A DNA stretch of 64,000 bases from an uncultured Clostridia bacterium (GCA_948433435.1 CAOJDX010000004.1:1058-65057); one strand, 5' to 3'; numbered from the stretch's first letter, positions 1-10,461 are shown. The notes: a model not told the origin generated them from the sequence alone. Translations and numbers: made by a program.

Positions 1-2
1 TA

Positions 3-218
3 GAAGAAAAATTATCTCAATTAGATGATTATTTAATCATTACAAATGATGAGATTAAATTAGAGGGAATTAAAGTAACTTATAAACCAGACATTCTAAA
101 AATCGTTCAAACCTATAAAAATCGTAAAAATATTAACCCACATAGTGTAAATCCTAACTATCTAAAATTAACAGAAGCTGAGGAAAACTTAATAAGTAAT
201 GATCGAAAAACTAACTAA
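3..218 (+). CDS. tsaB: 3' end of an upstream gene, probably tsaB (tRNA threonylcarbamoyladenosine biosynthesis protein); partial, start lies outside the window
   Basis: Open frame from the window edge to a TAA at 216-218. Sits directly upstream of rimI and tsaD, matching the conserved Firmicute order tsaB-rimI-tsaD. No diagnostic motif is visible in this C-terminal fragment. Confidence 0.4.
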   Translation, partial: EEKLSQLDDYLIITNDEIKLEGIKVTYKPDILKIVQTYKNRKNINPHSVNPNYLKLTEAEENLISNDRKTN

Positions 219-603
219 AGATAAAATCGATATTTTAAGTAATGATTTTTTCAAAAAAGAGCTGATCATGAATGAGCTAAAGAATAATCCATTTGCCCAA
301 TATTTAATATATCAAGAAAATAATGATTTAATAGCTTATTTATATTATAGCGAGATTTATGATAGGACAGAAATTAATATGTTGGAAGTAAGAAATGATA
401 AAAGAAATCAAAAAATAGGCTCAAAATTATTGGAAAAATTTATAGAAATAACCAACAAACCTTCAACTCTAGAAGTTAAAATCAATAATTATATAGCGAT
501 TAATCTCTATCAAAAATATGGTTATAAAAAGGTGGCAATTAGAAAAGGATACTATAATGGAGTTGATGGTATTTTAATGGAAAGAAGTGAAAGATATGAA
601 TGA
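199..603 (+). CDS. rimI: GNAT-family N-acetyltransferase, ribosomal-protein-alanine acetyltransferase RimI-like
   Basis: 134 aa, GNAT-like sequence. Overlaps the tsaD start by 17 bp. Conserved position between tsaB and tsaD. Confidence 0.65.
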   Translation: MIEKLTKDKIDILSNDFFKKELIMNELKNNPFAQYLIYQENNDLIAYLYYSEIYDRTEINMLEVRNDKRNQKIGSKLLEKFIEITNKPSTLEVKINNYIAINLYQKYGYKKVAIRKGYYNGVDGILMERSERYE

Positions 604-1606
604 AAAAGAAATGTATATATTAGGAATAGAAAGTAGTTGTGATGAAACCAGTTTTTCCATTGTTAAAAATGGCCGTGAAAACATCGCAACAGTCATTGCT
701 TCGCAAATAGATATCCATAAAGACTATGGTGGAGTAGTACCAGAAATAGCTAGTAGAAATCATGTAAAAAATATTACCATCGTATTAGAAGAATGCTTAG
801 AAAAAGCCAATATGAAAATGGAGGATATTGACGCTATAGCAGTAACATATGGTCCAGGACTAATTGGATCGTTGCTAATAGGCTTAGAAGCAGCTAAAAC
901 TTTATCTTTCCTTTACCATAAACCATTAATACCAGTTCACCATATTGCAGGACATATTTATGCTAACAGCTTAGTTAAAGAATTAGAGTTTCCTCTTTTA
1001 GCAATTGTAGTTAGCGGAGGACATACAGAACTAATTAAAATGACTGATCATTATAAATTTAAAAAATTAGGGGGAACTCTAGATGATGCCATCGGTGAAT
1101 GCTATGATAAAGTAGCAAGAGTTATGGACTTATCTTATCCAGGTGGACCTAAATTAGACAAACTAGCAACAAAAGGAGAAACAACCTACAAATTACCTCT
1201 TCCGTTGAAAGATGATAGTTACAATTTTTCCTTTAGTGGTTTGAAAAGTGCTGTAATTAATTTAGTTCACAATGAAGAACAAAGAAATAGAGAAATTAAT
1301 AAAGAAGATCTAGCAGCTAGTTTTCAGAAAGTAGCAGTAGAAAGTATTATAAAAAAAGCTAGAAAGGCGATTAAAGAGGAAGAGATAAAACACGTCATTG
1401 TAGCTGGAGGTGTAGCTGCTAGTACTGGTCTAAGAAATGCTATAACTCAATTAGGAGAAGAACAAAAAGTAGATATTTCTTTTCCTCCAATGAAATATTG
1501 TACAGATAATGCTGCTATGATTGCAGCGGCAGGTTATTTTGCCTATAAGGCGGGGAGAGTAGCCGATTTATCATTAAATAGTAAATCTAGTGATAGACTT
1601 TCATAA
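587..1606 (+). CDS. tsaD: tRNA N6-adenosine threonylcarbamoyltransferase TsaD (Kae1/Gcp family)
   Basis: 339 aa. N-terminus GIESSCDETSFSIV and HHIAGH metal-binding motif are typical of TsaD/Gcp. Confidence 0.9.
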   Translation: MKDMNEKEMYILGIESSCDETSFSIVKNGRENIATVIASQIDIHKDYGGVVPEIASRNHVKNITIVLEECLEKANMKMEDIDAIAVTYGPGLIGSLLIGLEAAKTLSFLYHKPLIPVHHIAGHIYANSLVKELEFPLLAIVVSGGHTELIKMTDHYKFKKLGGTLDDAIGECYDKVARVMDLSYPGGPKLDKLATKGETTYKLPLPLKDDSYNFSFSGLKSAVINLVHNEEQRNREINKEDLAASFQKVAVESIIKKARKAIKEEEIKHVIVAGGVAASTGLRNAITQLGEEQKVDISFPPMKYCTDNAAMIAAAGYFAYKAGRVADLSLNSKSSDRLS

Positions 1607-1618
1607 AATAAATAACTG

Positions 1619-1676
1619 AGATAACTTTTACATGATAGTAATTACCACCTACCATTAAAAAGTTATCTTTTTTAAT
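1619..1676 (+). terminator. Putative Rho-independent terminator after tsaD
   Basis: gataactttt...aaaagttatc stem with a large loop, followed by a T-run. Confidence 0.4.
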
Positions 1677-1854
1677 GAAAATATCTTAATCAATATTATC
1701 AAATCAAACCTCAAGATGTATCTTCAAATAAAAACTTCATTAATAAGATATATAAATTATCATTCCTGAAAGATTAAAACCAATAAACGTATAGTTAACT
1801 ATTTACTATAACCAACAATTATGATATTCTTGACTAAGATAGGAAAGTATATAT

Positions 1855-3783
1855 ATGAAAAAAGCATTAGGAATTTATCTTTTATTTTTATTTTATTTAG
1901 AAATTACCCTACACATAATATGTTTCAATAAAATAAATATTGATAATTTATTAATATTATTTCTTATATCTCTATCATCAGCTGTAATTTTCACCCTTTT
2001 GACCACATTATTAAAGAATGAAAGGATCAATAGTATAGGGATGAAGATATTCTGTATCATTGTAGATATTATTTTTTGTGCCGAAGTAATATACTTCAAA
2101 ATATATGAATCATTTTTTAGTATAAATGGCTTATTCTTTATGAATGCTGTAAAGGATGGATATGATAAAGTATTATTAACTATAATACAAAATATCATAC
2201 CTATCACTATTTTGCTTATACCCAGTATAATTATTCTACTAAAGTTACCAAAAAAAATAGATCACTGGAATAAAACAGAAGGTATAGTTCTTCTAATATT
2301 ATTAACCCTGGGACTCTCTTATACCTCTTTTTCCGTATTACACATTAATAAAGAGAACGATTATAGCTTATATAATTTAGTATTTAAAGTAAATATGCCC
2401 GTTCTAAACGTCAAAAACTTTGGCTTAATCGCCTCATCAACCATTAGTATCCAAAGAAAAGTATTTGGATTTAAGGCAATAAGAGATCAAAAAGAAGACA
2501 TTCTAATGAACAAAAAAACCAGTCTTGCTAATACAATTAAGATAAAATACAATGAAGAAAATATTGATTTTGCTAATTTAATAGATAAGGAAAAGAGTCA
2601 AACAATTAAAGAACTCCATGAATACTTTAGTAATCAACTGCCAACTGATCAAAATAGTTTCACAGGTATTTTTGAAAATAAAAATGTTATTTTAATTTTA
2701 GCCGAATCATTTGATGAGATTGCTATAGATAAAAACTTAACTCCAACACTATATAAATTAAAAAATGAAGGGATTAAATTTAATAATTATTTTTCTCCCA
2801 AATATCCAGCATCCACTGCTGATGGTGAATATATGTTAGAATGGGCTACTTTACCAATTATAGGAGAAAATTACAGTTTAATTGATATGGTATACAACAC
2901 GAATCCATACATTCTACCAAGAAGTCTAAAAAATAAGGGGTATAAAACCTATGTCTACCATAACTATAGTGGAAATTACAATCGAAGAAAAAAATACTTT
3001 TCAACCCTAAATTTTGACGGAATGAAATATTGTGGTGAGGGGATTACCACTCAATGCGATCACTTTCATGGAAGTGATATGGACATGATGGATCAAACAA
3101 TAGATGATTATTTAAACCAAAATAAATTTTTTACTTATTACATCACCTTAAGTGGACATGGAAGTTATGATCATACTAACTATGTTGCAGCTAAACATTT
3201 ACATAAATTAGATCATTACCAATATCCCTCTCAATTAAAGTACTATATAGCAGCAAATATTGATTTTGATTTAGCAATGAATAAACTAGTAAAAAAACTA
3301 GAAGAAAGTGGAAAATTAAACGATACCATAATCATCATTTCTTCAGACCACTCACCATATTATTTAACCAATCAGCAGATCAATATGGTCTCATCAATTG
3401 ATAGAACCAATAACTTTGACAGGAACAGAGGCTCTCTAATTATTTATAACAGCGCATTAAAAGAAAATTATAATATAGATAAGTATGCCATGAATATTGA
3501 TGTCTTACCTACATTATTAAATATGCTAAACATAAAATATGATTCAAGAATTATAATAGGAAAAGACATCATGGCAACAAATAATGACGGAATAGTAATA
3601 TTTCCAGATAGAAGTTGGATCAATAATATAGGAAGTTATAATAATAAAACAGCAAAATTTATCCCTTTCCAAGAAAATATTGATGAAAAATATATTAGTA
3701 AAATTAATCAAGAGGTAAATGATAAATACCAAATTTCTGTTAATATGCAATATAATGATTACTATAAATACATCTTTAATTAG
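1855..3783 (+). CDS. LTA-synthase (LtaS) family membrane protein: N-terminal polytopic membrane domain plus extracytoplasmic sulfatase-like (phosphoglycerol transferase) domain
   Basis: 642 aa. About five hydrophobic N-terminal segments, then a soluble domain with sulfatase/alkaline-phosphatase-like features (ILAESFD..., SSDHSPY). Confidence 0.65.
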   Translation: MKKALGIYLLFLFYLEITLHIICFNKINIDNLLILFLISLSSAVIFTLLTTLLKNERINSIGMKIFCIIVDIIFCAEVIYFKIYESFFSINGLFFMNAVKDGYDKVLLTIIQNIIPITILLIPSIIILLKLPKKIDHWNKTEGIVLLILLTLGLSYTSFSVLHINKENDYSLYNLVFKVNMPVLNVKNFGLIASSTISIQRKVFGFKAIRDQKEDILMNKKTSLANTIKIKYNEENIDFANLIDKEKSQTIKELHEYFSNQLPTDQNSFTGIFENKNVILILAESFDEIAIDKNLTPTLYKLKNEGIKFNNYFSPKYPASTADGEYMLEWATLPIIGENYSLIDMVYNTNPYILPRSLKNKGYKTYVYHNYSGNYNRRKKYFSTLNFDGMKYCGEGITTQCDHFHGSDMDMMDQTIDDYLNQNKFFTYYITLSGHGSYDHTNYVAAKHLHKLDHYQYPSQLKYYIAANIDFDLAMNKLVKKLEESGKLNDTIIIISSDHSPYYLTNQQINMVSSIDRTNNFDRNRGSLIIYNSALKENYNIDKYAMNIDVLPTLLNMLNIKYDSRIIIGKDIMATNNDGIVIFPDRSWINNIGSYNNKTAKFIPFQENIDEKYISKINQEVNDKYQISVNMQYNDYYKYIFN

Positions 3784-3792
3784 GAGAACAAT

Positions 3793-4584
3793 ATGAAAAA
3801 TAGAAGAGATTTGATCATATCAATATTTTTAATGATATTATCAGGAATAATGCTTATATTAGCTATATTTTATTATGATTTATCAGACAAAATAAAAGAA
3901 TATCATTATAGTGATAAAGAAGAATATAACAACGTTACAGAAGGAATATCCTTTATAAAATCACTTCCAATTCATCTTAATATAATTAATAAATATTTTT
4001 CAAATATGAATAATCTAAAACAAGAAGAGAAAGAAGAAATCTTACTAGCATATTCTCTCAAAAATAAATATAACTTATACGACTGCGGTCCAAGTAATAA
4101 TATCAAAAAGTATTTATGTATAGATAAAAGTAACTTACAAGCCAAAGAATTACAAGAAAAATTCAATATACGATTAACCTTTACAAGTTCAAATATTAAA
4201 CTATATGTAGATGATTATGGAATGTACACTGCTATAACAGATAAAAATTCATCACATTATAAAATCACTTTAGATAATACCAATAATAAATTATATAGAA
4301 TATATTCTGAATTTTCTCATTATAAACAAAATAAAGATATTTATACATTTTATCTATATCAAGGGTACTATAATGGAAATTGTCAAAAAAATACTGAATT
4401 AAAACTATATGACTTTATGAGTGGAAAAGTAGTATATAAAGATACTTGTAATGGAAATCAAGAGTTCACTGTTGATCCAGGGAAAAATATAAATAAATTA
4501 CAATTATACAAATATGAATTAAAAAAAGATCAAAATAATAAATTTTATTTATATGGATATAATCCAGTAAACAAAATGGAATAG
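3793..4584 (+). CDS. Hypothetical membrane-anchored protein (single N-terminal TM, Asn/Tyr-rich extracellular part)
   Basis: 263 aa ORF. RBS-like AGGAG 8 nt upstream. No recognisable domain. Confidence 0.4.
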   Translation: MKNRRDLIISIFLMILSGIMLILAIFYYDLSDKIKEYHYSDKEEYNNVTEGISFIKSLPIHLNIINKYFSNMNNLKQEEKEEILLAYSLKNKYNLYDCGPSNNIKKYLCIDKSNLQAKELQEKFNIRLTFTSSNIKLYVDDYGMYTAITDKNSSHYKITLDNTNNKLYRIYSEFSHYKQNKDIYTFYLYQGYYNGNCQKNTELKLYDFMSGKVVYKDTCNGNQEFTVDPGKNINKLQLYKYELKKDQNNKFYLYGYNPVNKME

Positions 4585-4819
4585 CTGCTAATAGTTCAAT
4601 TACTAACAAGTCTTATGAAAATAAATTTTTCATTCAGAGTAGGACTTATTTTAAATTCATTTACCTTATTTACCTTTTTAGAAAAGACCACAAGAAAAAT
4701 ATTCAGTTCCAAAAGTAAGCACAACCTTTTTAAAAATAGTGATTGCATTCAAAAAAAATTTGAAGCACAAAAAAATAAGAATATCCAGCTAAAATAAAAT
4801 ATATTTTAAAGTAAGATTA

Positions 4820-4828
4820 TGGTATAAT
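4820..4828 (+). promoter_or_regulatory. Extended -10 element (TGgTATAAT) upstream of the 4918 gene
   Basis: tggtataat at 4820-4828 in the intergenic region. Confidence 0.35.
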
Positions 4829-4917
4829 AATAAAAAGAAATCCGTTATATGGTTTTAGGAGTTATAATAAGAAGTAATATCAAGGAAAAATAAATTTCTA
4901 ATTAGCATATAACCTTA

Positions 4918-6102
4918 ATGAAGTATGGGAGTGATATTGTGTTAAGATCAAAAGTAGGATATAGTATGGCCGAAGATAACTTTACATCAGGTGTAACAAC
5001 CGCCAAAAATTCATTGATAGGAAATAGTTCAAAGGTTGGTTTTTTATATACTTCAAGTGTCTCTAATACTAAAGAAATTGTTAAAGGGGTAAGAAGCGTT
5101 ACAGATATCCCTTTAATTGGGTGTACCTCAAGTGGAGCTTTAATTGTACCAGAAGGAATAGTCGCCAGTGATCACGGTTTTTCAGGGATGATGACCATGG
5201 CCGATGCTGATTTACAGGTAGGAGTAGCTTACCATGAGGGAGGAAAAAATGCTCGTTTAATCGGAAGAAAGGTAGCCCTAGAAGCAGTTAAAAATGCCAA
5301 AATGAAAACTGCTCCTGCTTACTTTTATATGATAGCTAGTCCGAAAGAAGAGGAAGACTATTTAATGGGAATTCAAGATGTCATCGGAAGAGTACCAATG
5401 TTCGGAGGTTCTGCTGCTGATGATGCCGTAGAAGGAAAATGGAAAATAATTTGTAATGATAAAGTATTTTCAAATGGAGTTGCTGTATGTTTCTTTTATA
5501 CCAAAAATGATATTGTAACAGAATTTACAGGCGCTTATCATGAAACAGAAATATCGGGAATTATAACCAAAGTAGAAGAGGATCGTACCTTAGTTACCAT
5601 TGATAAAGAATTATCTCTGAAGAAATATGCTAGTTGGGTTAAATCAAGTACCAGTAAATTACATGGAACCAATCTTTTGTTAGACTCAATTCTTCATCCA
5701 TTAGGGGTAAAAGATCAAATCGGAAGCCTGACTGTAGTAAGACATCCTATGATTGGAAATACCAATAATACCATGAATATCGGAAATAGATTAGTAGAAA
5801 ATACGGCTGTTACTTTACTAGAAACAACCACTGATGAATTAATTAATGCAACAGGAAACATAGTAAAACTAATTCGAAAAGAATTAACAACCGATCCCGC
5901 TGCCTATATGTTAGTACACAGTGGAGCAAGAAAATTAGCCATAGGAACAAGGCTTCCAGAAGTACATAAGCAGTTGGTAAAAGAAGCTAAAGGAGTACCA
6001 TTTATTTGTTTCTTCACCTTTGGAGAATATGGTTATCATGAGAATTCGGCGAATACTTGTGGAGGATTGATGTTATCCTTTACTGGTTTTGGAAAAGAGT
6101 AA
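4918..6102 (+). CDS. Conserved hypothetical soluble protein, possibly FIST-domain-like. True start may be the internal Met at 4966.
   Basis: 394 aa, Gly/Ser-rich, no TM. Flanked by its own promoter-like element and a terminator. Domain assignment is tentative. Confidence 0.35.
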   Translation: MKYGSDIVLRSKVGYSMAEDNFTSGVTTAKNSLIGNSSKVGFLYTSSVSNTKEIVKGVRSVTDIPLIGCTSSGALIVPEGIVASDHGFSGMMTMADADLQVGVAYHEGGKNARLIGRKVALEAVKNAKMKTAPAYFYMIASPKEEEDYLMGIQDVIGRVPMFGGSAADDAVEGKWKIICNDKVFSNGVAVCFFYTKNDIVTEFTGAYHETEISGIITKVEEDRTLVTIDKELSLKKYASWVKSSTSKLHGTNLLLDSILHPLGVKDQIGSLTVVRHPMIGNTNNTMNIGNRLVENTAVTLLETTTDELINATGNIVKLIRKELTTDPAAYMLVHSGARKLAIGTRLPEVHKQLVKEAKGVPFICFFTFGEYGYHENSANTCGGLMLSFTGFGKE

Positions 6103-6111
6103 TATAAAATA

Positions 6112-6149
6112 AATACTAGAAAACATAAGGTACTAGTATTTTTTATTTT
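6112..6149 (+). terminator. Rho-independent terminator
   Basis: 8-bp stem aatactag/ctagtatt followed by TTTTATTTT. Confidence 0.55.
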
Positions 6150-6411
6150 AGCTAAATTGAAAGGAAAAAACACAAAAAGTAAAATACGATATGATCAATA
6201 GTCGAAATAAAGAAATATTTTTAATATAATAAAAGCAAAAGTAATAAATATGATCTAAAAAATTATAAATCTATAGTACAAGGATATTGTAAAATTTTGT
6301 CGAAAAGTGTTAATTAATAAAACGTAAAAGATAAAAAATAATGTAAATTATCAACTAAAAAATATTCAAAAATAGGAAAGAAAGTGCTATACTATAAAAG
6401 AAATTTAGGAG

Positions 6412-7221
6412 TTGGTAAAGTTGACAACAAAAAAAATAGAAAACAAAAAGAATATAAAGTCCACCAAAGTAGCTAAAACCACCAGAACCAAAAAGAACAA
6501 AAGACTATATGGTCAAAAGGTAGTAATCAAAAATAAAAAACTCCATAAAGGAATCATTATAGCATTAATCATTAGCATACTAGTAAATGGTTTCACCATA
6601 TTTCACTTTATAACTTATAATCATCATAAGGTAAAAGAAGTAACTAAGGTAGTGGAGAAAGAAGTGATTCCGGAAAATATTGTTTTTCTAGGAGATTCTA
6701 TTACATGGATGTATGATTTAAATAAATACTTTGAAGGAAAAAAAGTAGTAAATAGTGGTGGAGATGGTAATACAACTTCTGATATATTAAAAAATATGAA
6801 TGAAAGAGTATATAAGTATAACCCATCAAAAATCTTTATTTTAATTGGAACAAACGATATTATTTATGATAAGACAAAAGATGAAATAGTAGAAAATATA
6901 AAAAAAATAATAGAAGAGATTCAAAAAAATCGGCCAACTTGCAAAATCTATTTAGAATCGCTTTATCCCATAAATGATACCAAAGATAAAAAAATCAATA
7001 TGCACATGGTTAAAAACAGAACCAATAAACTGATAGATGAAATAAATACTGATTTAAAAAAGCTTTCTGCTAAACTAAATATAACTTATATAAATATGCA
7101 TGATAATTTAGTAGACGAAGAAGGAAACTTAAAACTAGAATATACAAATGAGGGACTTCACATTTCACAAAAAGGTTATGAAATTATCACAAAAAAAATA
7201 AAAGAGTATTTAACTAATTGA
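6412..7221 (+). CDS. SGNH/GDSL-family hydrolase, membrane-anchored, Lys-rich N-terminal tail (copy 1)
   Basis: GDSIT motif in FLGDSITWMYDL. Single TM after a K-rich N-terminus. TTG start. Paralog of the 8499 gene. Confidence 0.7.
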   Translation: MVKLTTKKIENKKNIKSTKVAKTTRTKKNKRLYGQKVVIKNKKLHKGIIIALIISILVNGFTIFHFITYNHHKVKEVTKVVEKEVIPENIVFLGDSITWMYDLNKYFEGKKVVNSGGDGNTTSDILKNMNERVYKYNPSKIFILIGTNDIIYDKTKDEIVENIKKIIEEIQKNRPTCKIYLESLYPINDTKDKKINMHMVKNRTNKLIDEINTDLKKLSAKLNITYINMHDNLVDEEGNLKLEYTNEGLHISQKGYEIITKKIKEYLTN

Positions 7222-7369
7222 GATTAAGGGTAACAATATTACAGACCATTTCTGAGATGCAATATACAATTAGCATCAAAATGAGGGTCTTTTACTTTGA
7301 TAATTATTTTCTTTATGCTATACTTGACTTATAAAGAATAAAAGGATAAATGTAAACATAGTAGGAGGA

Positions 7370-8437
7370 ATGAGTAGTATGGAAAACAAGAAAAAGGAAA
7401 GGTATTTTGGACTGGATTTAATTCGTACACTTGCCATTATATTTGTTGTTTTAATTCATTCCTTTGGCAATACAGGCTATAATGCTGCTAATATGTCAGG
7501 AATATCCATGTTTTTGTTATTGCTAATAAGATGTTTAGTTTTTGTTGGTGTTTTACTTTTTATTACTTTAACAGGATATTGTAAGACTGACAAAACAATT
7601 TCAAAAGATCATTACTCAAAGATTAAGAAAATTTTACTTACTTATGTTGTCATATCAACAATTACATTTTTCTTTAGAAAATTATATATGCAAGATGATC
7701 TCTCTTTATATAATGGCATTATTGGTATCTTCAACTTTTCCACTCTACCATATGCCTGGTACGTGGAAATGTATATAGGACTTTTCTTATTAATTCCATT
7801 TTTCAATATCTTATATAAAAATACTGAAACAAAAAAACAAAAACAGATATTAATTATATCATTGATAGCGATCACTTCAATTCCTCAAACACTGCAAACT
7901 CTTAGCATCGCCAATCATACACTAGATATTCTCCCTGCCTGGTGGGGAAGCCTGTATCCAATACTTTTATATTTTATTGGTTGTTATATTAAAGAATATC
8001 AACCAAAGATAAATAAAGGAATAAATTTAATCTTAATCAGTATAGTTCTGCTTTTACAATCCATCATTATTTATTTTTACTGTCAAGGAAATTCTGTCAA
8101 TACAATGATTATAATTGATTATAATTATTTTCCAGCGATTCTATTATCAACCTTGCTCTTTACCTTTCTATATGATATAAAAATTAGGATCAATATCATT
8201 AAAAAGATCATTACCTTCATCTCAGAAAGATCATTTAGTATTTACTTATTTTCATATATATATGACAAACTAATTTATGATATCCTAAAGTTTAATGTAA
8301 CAGTATCAATAAATTCTATATTAGGAATAGTCATCTATACTCCAATTATTTTTGGCTTATCTCTGCTATCAGCATCCATTCTAGATTGGATAATCAATAA
8401 GTTACTGCAATTTAATACAACTAGAAAAGTTCGTTAA
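7370..8437 (+). CDS. Acyltransferase family 3 (OatA/OafA-like) integral membrane O-acyltransferase (copy 1)
   Basis: 355 aa, polytopic. N-terminal RYFGLDLIRTLAIIFVVLIHS is typical of the acyltransferase_3 family. Confidence 0.75.
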   Translation: MSSMENKKKERYFGLDLIRTLAIIFVVLIHSFGNTGYNAANMSGISMFLLLLIRCLVFVGVLLFITLTGYCKTDKTISKDHYSKIKKILLTYVVISTITFFFRKLYMQDDLSLYNGIIGIFNFSTLPYAWYVEMYIGLFLLIPFFNILYKNTETKKQKQILIISLIAITSIPQTLQTLSIANHTLDILPAWWGSLYPILLYFIGCYIKEYQPKINKGINLILISIVLLLQSIIIYFYCQGNSVNTMIIIDYNYFPAILLSTLLFTFLYDIKIRINIIKKIITFISERSFSIYLFSYIYDKLIYDILKFNVTVSINSILGIVIYTPIIFGLSLLSASILDWIINKLLQFNTTRKVR

Positions 8438-8498
8438 TAAACAAGGAAAAATACGATTGTTATACAGGCATGATAAAAAAGAATAGAGGAAAATTAAC

Positions 8499-9302
8499 AT
8501 GAATAAGAAAGTGAAAAGTACAAAAAAAAATAGTCAGTCAAAAAGTTCACAAAGTAACAAAAGGGTTAACAAAAATAAATCTTTATATGTTAAGAATAAA
8601 AATAAATCCTTAAAAAAGAAAAAGAAATTAAAACCTACCTTAATCCTATTTTTTGCCATAACACTATTACAATTCATCTTTATCGTCCATCACTACTTAA
8701 CCTATAATCATCATAAAGTAAAAGTAGTAACTAAAATAAAAGAAAAAGAAATAGTTCCAGAAAATATCGTTTTTTTAGGAGATTCTATTACTTGGATGTA
8801 CGATCTTGATAAATACTATAAAGGAAAGAGAGTAGTAAATAGTGGAATAAGTGGAGATAGTACCGAAGATATCATTAAAGATATGAATAATAGAGTTTAT
8901 CGCTATAACCCATCCAAAGTATTTATCTTAATAGGAACCAATGATATCACAGACAAGAAAACGAAAGAACAAATAGTTGATAACATTCAAATAATAATTG
9001 ATTATATTCAAAAAAATCGTCCAAAATGTAAAATTTACTTAGAATCTATTTATCCCATCAATAATACTAATGATCAAAAAATAAACAAGAAAATGGTCAG
9101 TATTAGAAATAATGAATTCATTAAAGAGATTAACGATGAATTAAAAAAAATATCAGAAAAATCTAATATCACATATATAAATTTATATGACGAAATAGTA
9201 GATAAAGAAGGAAATCTTAAAATAGAGTACACCAAAGAAGGACTTCATATTAGTGAAAAAGGCTATGAAAAGATTACTACAATACTAAAAAAATATATTT
9301 AA
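8499..9302 (+). CDS. SGNH/GDSL-family hydrolase, membrane-anchored, Lys-rich N-terminal tail (copy 2)
   Basis: FLGDSITWMYDL motif. Strong paralogy to 6412..7221 along the whole length. Confidence 0.7.
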   Translation: MNKKVKSTKKNSQSKSSQSNKRVNKNKSLYVKNKNKSLKKKKKLKPTLILFFAITLLQFIFIVHHYLTYNHHKVKVVTKIKEKEIVPENIVFLGDSITWMYDLDKYYKGKRVVNSGISGDSTEDIIKDMNNRVYRYNPSKVFILIGTNDITDKKTKEQIVDNIQIIIDYIQKNRPKCKIYLESIYPINNTNDQKINKKMVSIRNNEFIKEINDELKKISEKSNITYINLYDEIVDKEGNLKIEYTKEGLHISEKGYEKITTILKKYI

Positions 9303-9333
9303 AAGATAACGAAAATCAGGGGAGATTGAATAA

Positions 9334-10461
9334 ATGAAAACAAAAGATATAAGACAGTCCAATTTTGAACTAATGAGAATCATCTCTATGCTAATGATTA
9401 TCATTGGTCATATATTAATGCATGGAAATATAATAGCACATGCAACAGGAAGTTTAAGAATTTTAATTCTATTCATACAAGCTCTAATCTATATTCACGT
9501 TAATTCGTTTGTCTTAGTAACAGGCTATTTTAGATGTGAAACAAGATTTAAATTTAGTAAAGTTCTTCAACTAAATAATGCCATGTGGTTTTATAAAGCT
9601 TTAATTCCTATTATATTAATCTTTTTAGGGATAATCTCCTTGGATATGATTAGCTTTCTCAAATTAGTATCCCCATTTTCTCATGGAGACTACTGGTTTA
9701 TGACTACATACATATATTTGTATCTGATTAGTCCTATTTTAAATATAGTGATTAACAACATAAACAAGCCAAATTATAAAAAATTAATTGCATTACTTTT
9801 TGTTATCTTTTCTATTTTACCATATATTAGTAACCAAGAAATTTATAATACTAGAGGGGGATATACTTTATTACAATTCATTATTCTATACTTTATAGGA
9901 GCCTATTTTAAAAAGTATAAAATTCAGGAATGCTATTACTTAAAAAAATATACCCCTGAAGCAAAAAAAGTAATTTTAATGTTAGGGTATCTTTCATTAG
10001 GTCTAGTCTCTGGTTTTATAACACTAGCGACTTCTAATGTTTCAGGCGGTTCAATGATAAACTATCTGAGTGGTATTTTAAATAATGCTATATATTCCTA
10101 TAACAATCCATTTATTATCATACAATCTATTTGTTATTTCCTATTTTTTAGTTTATTAAGCATCAAGAGTAGAGTAATTAATATTCTTTCTTCTACTACT
10201 CTAGGAGTATACTTAATTCACGACAATAATTTTATCAGAGAATATTTATACAAAATTTTAGGATTTCAAAACATCAGTTATAGTAGTACCATTCTGGTTA
10301 AAGTACTTCTATGTTCTCTATTAATATTTAGCTTATGTTCCATCATAGAACTTCTAAGAAAAGCAATATTCAAATTCCTATTCAATCGTAAATTCAGTCA
10401 AAAATTTAGACTATTTTATAGAAATTATCTAGAGTCAATCGGTCTAAAAATTAATTGGTAA
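9334..10461 (+). CDS. Acyltransferase family 3 integral membrane O-acyltransferase (copy 2)
   Basis: 375 aa, polytopic. FELMRIISMLMIIIGHIL N-terminus typical of the acyltransferase_3 family. Confidence 0.75.
   Translation: MKTKDIRQSNFELMRIISMLMIIIGHILMHGNIIAHATGSLRILILFIQALIYIHVNSFVLVTGYFRCETRFKFSKVLQLNNAMWFYKALIPIILIFLGIISLDMISFLKLVSPFSHGDYWFMTTYIYLYLISPILNIVINNINKPNYKKLIALLFVIFSILPYISNQEIYNTRGGYTLLQFIILYFIGAYFKKYKIQECYYLKKYTPEAKKVILMLGYLSLGLVSGFITLATSNVSGGSMINYLSGILNNAIYSYNNPFIIIQSICYFLFFSLLSIKSRVINILSSTTLGVYLIHDNNFIREYLYKILGFQNISYSSTILVKVLLCSLLIFSLCSIIELLRKAIFKFLFNRKFSQKFRLFYRNYLESIGLKINW

Noticed and set aside
1893-2207. Antisense or embedded ORFs of 60-100 codons inside well-supported genes: 1893..2207-, 3544..3750-, 3972..4166-, 7642..7875-, 11615..11863-, 12029..12256-, 14807..15049-, 15954..16169-, 18360..18581-, 20231..20416-, 20687..20908-, 24204..24395-, 29861..30067+, 31788..32000-, 35453..35635-, 36558..36839-, 39707..39994-, 40020..40217-, 40833..41027-, 41212..41397-, 41809..42033-, 54492..54722-, 55081..55263-, 57614..57832-, 57879..58064-, 58597..58845-, 59571..59783-
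   Set aside because: They overlap longer, motif-supported ORFs on the other strand or frame. Their composition is low-complexity and hydrophobic, as expected from antisense of AT-rich coding DNA, and they lack RBSs.
4615-4797. 60-codon ORF in the LtaS / 4918 intergenic region
   Set aside because: No RBS, and no similarity to anything recognisable. It lies in a region more likely to be a 5' leader.
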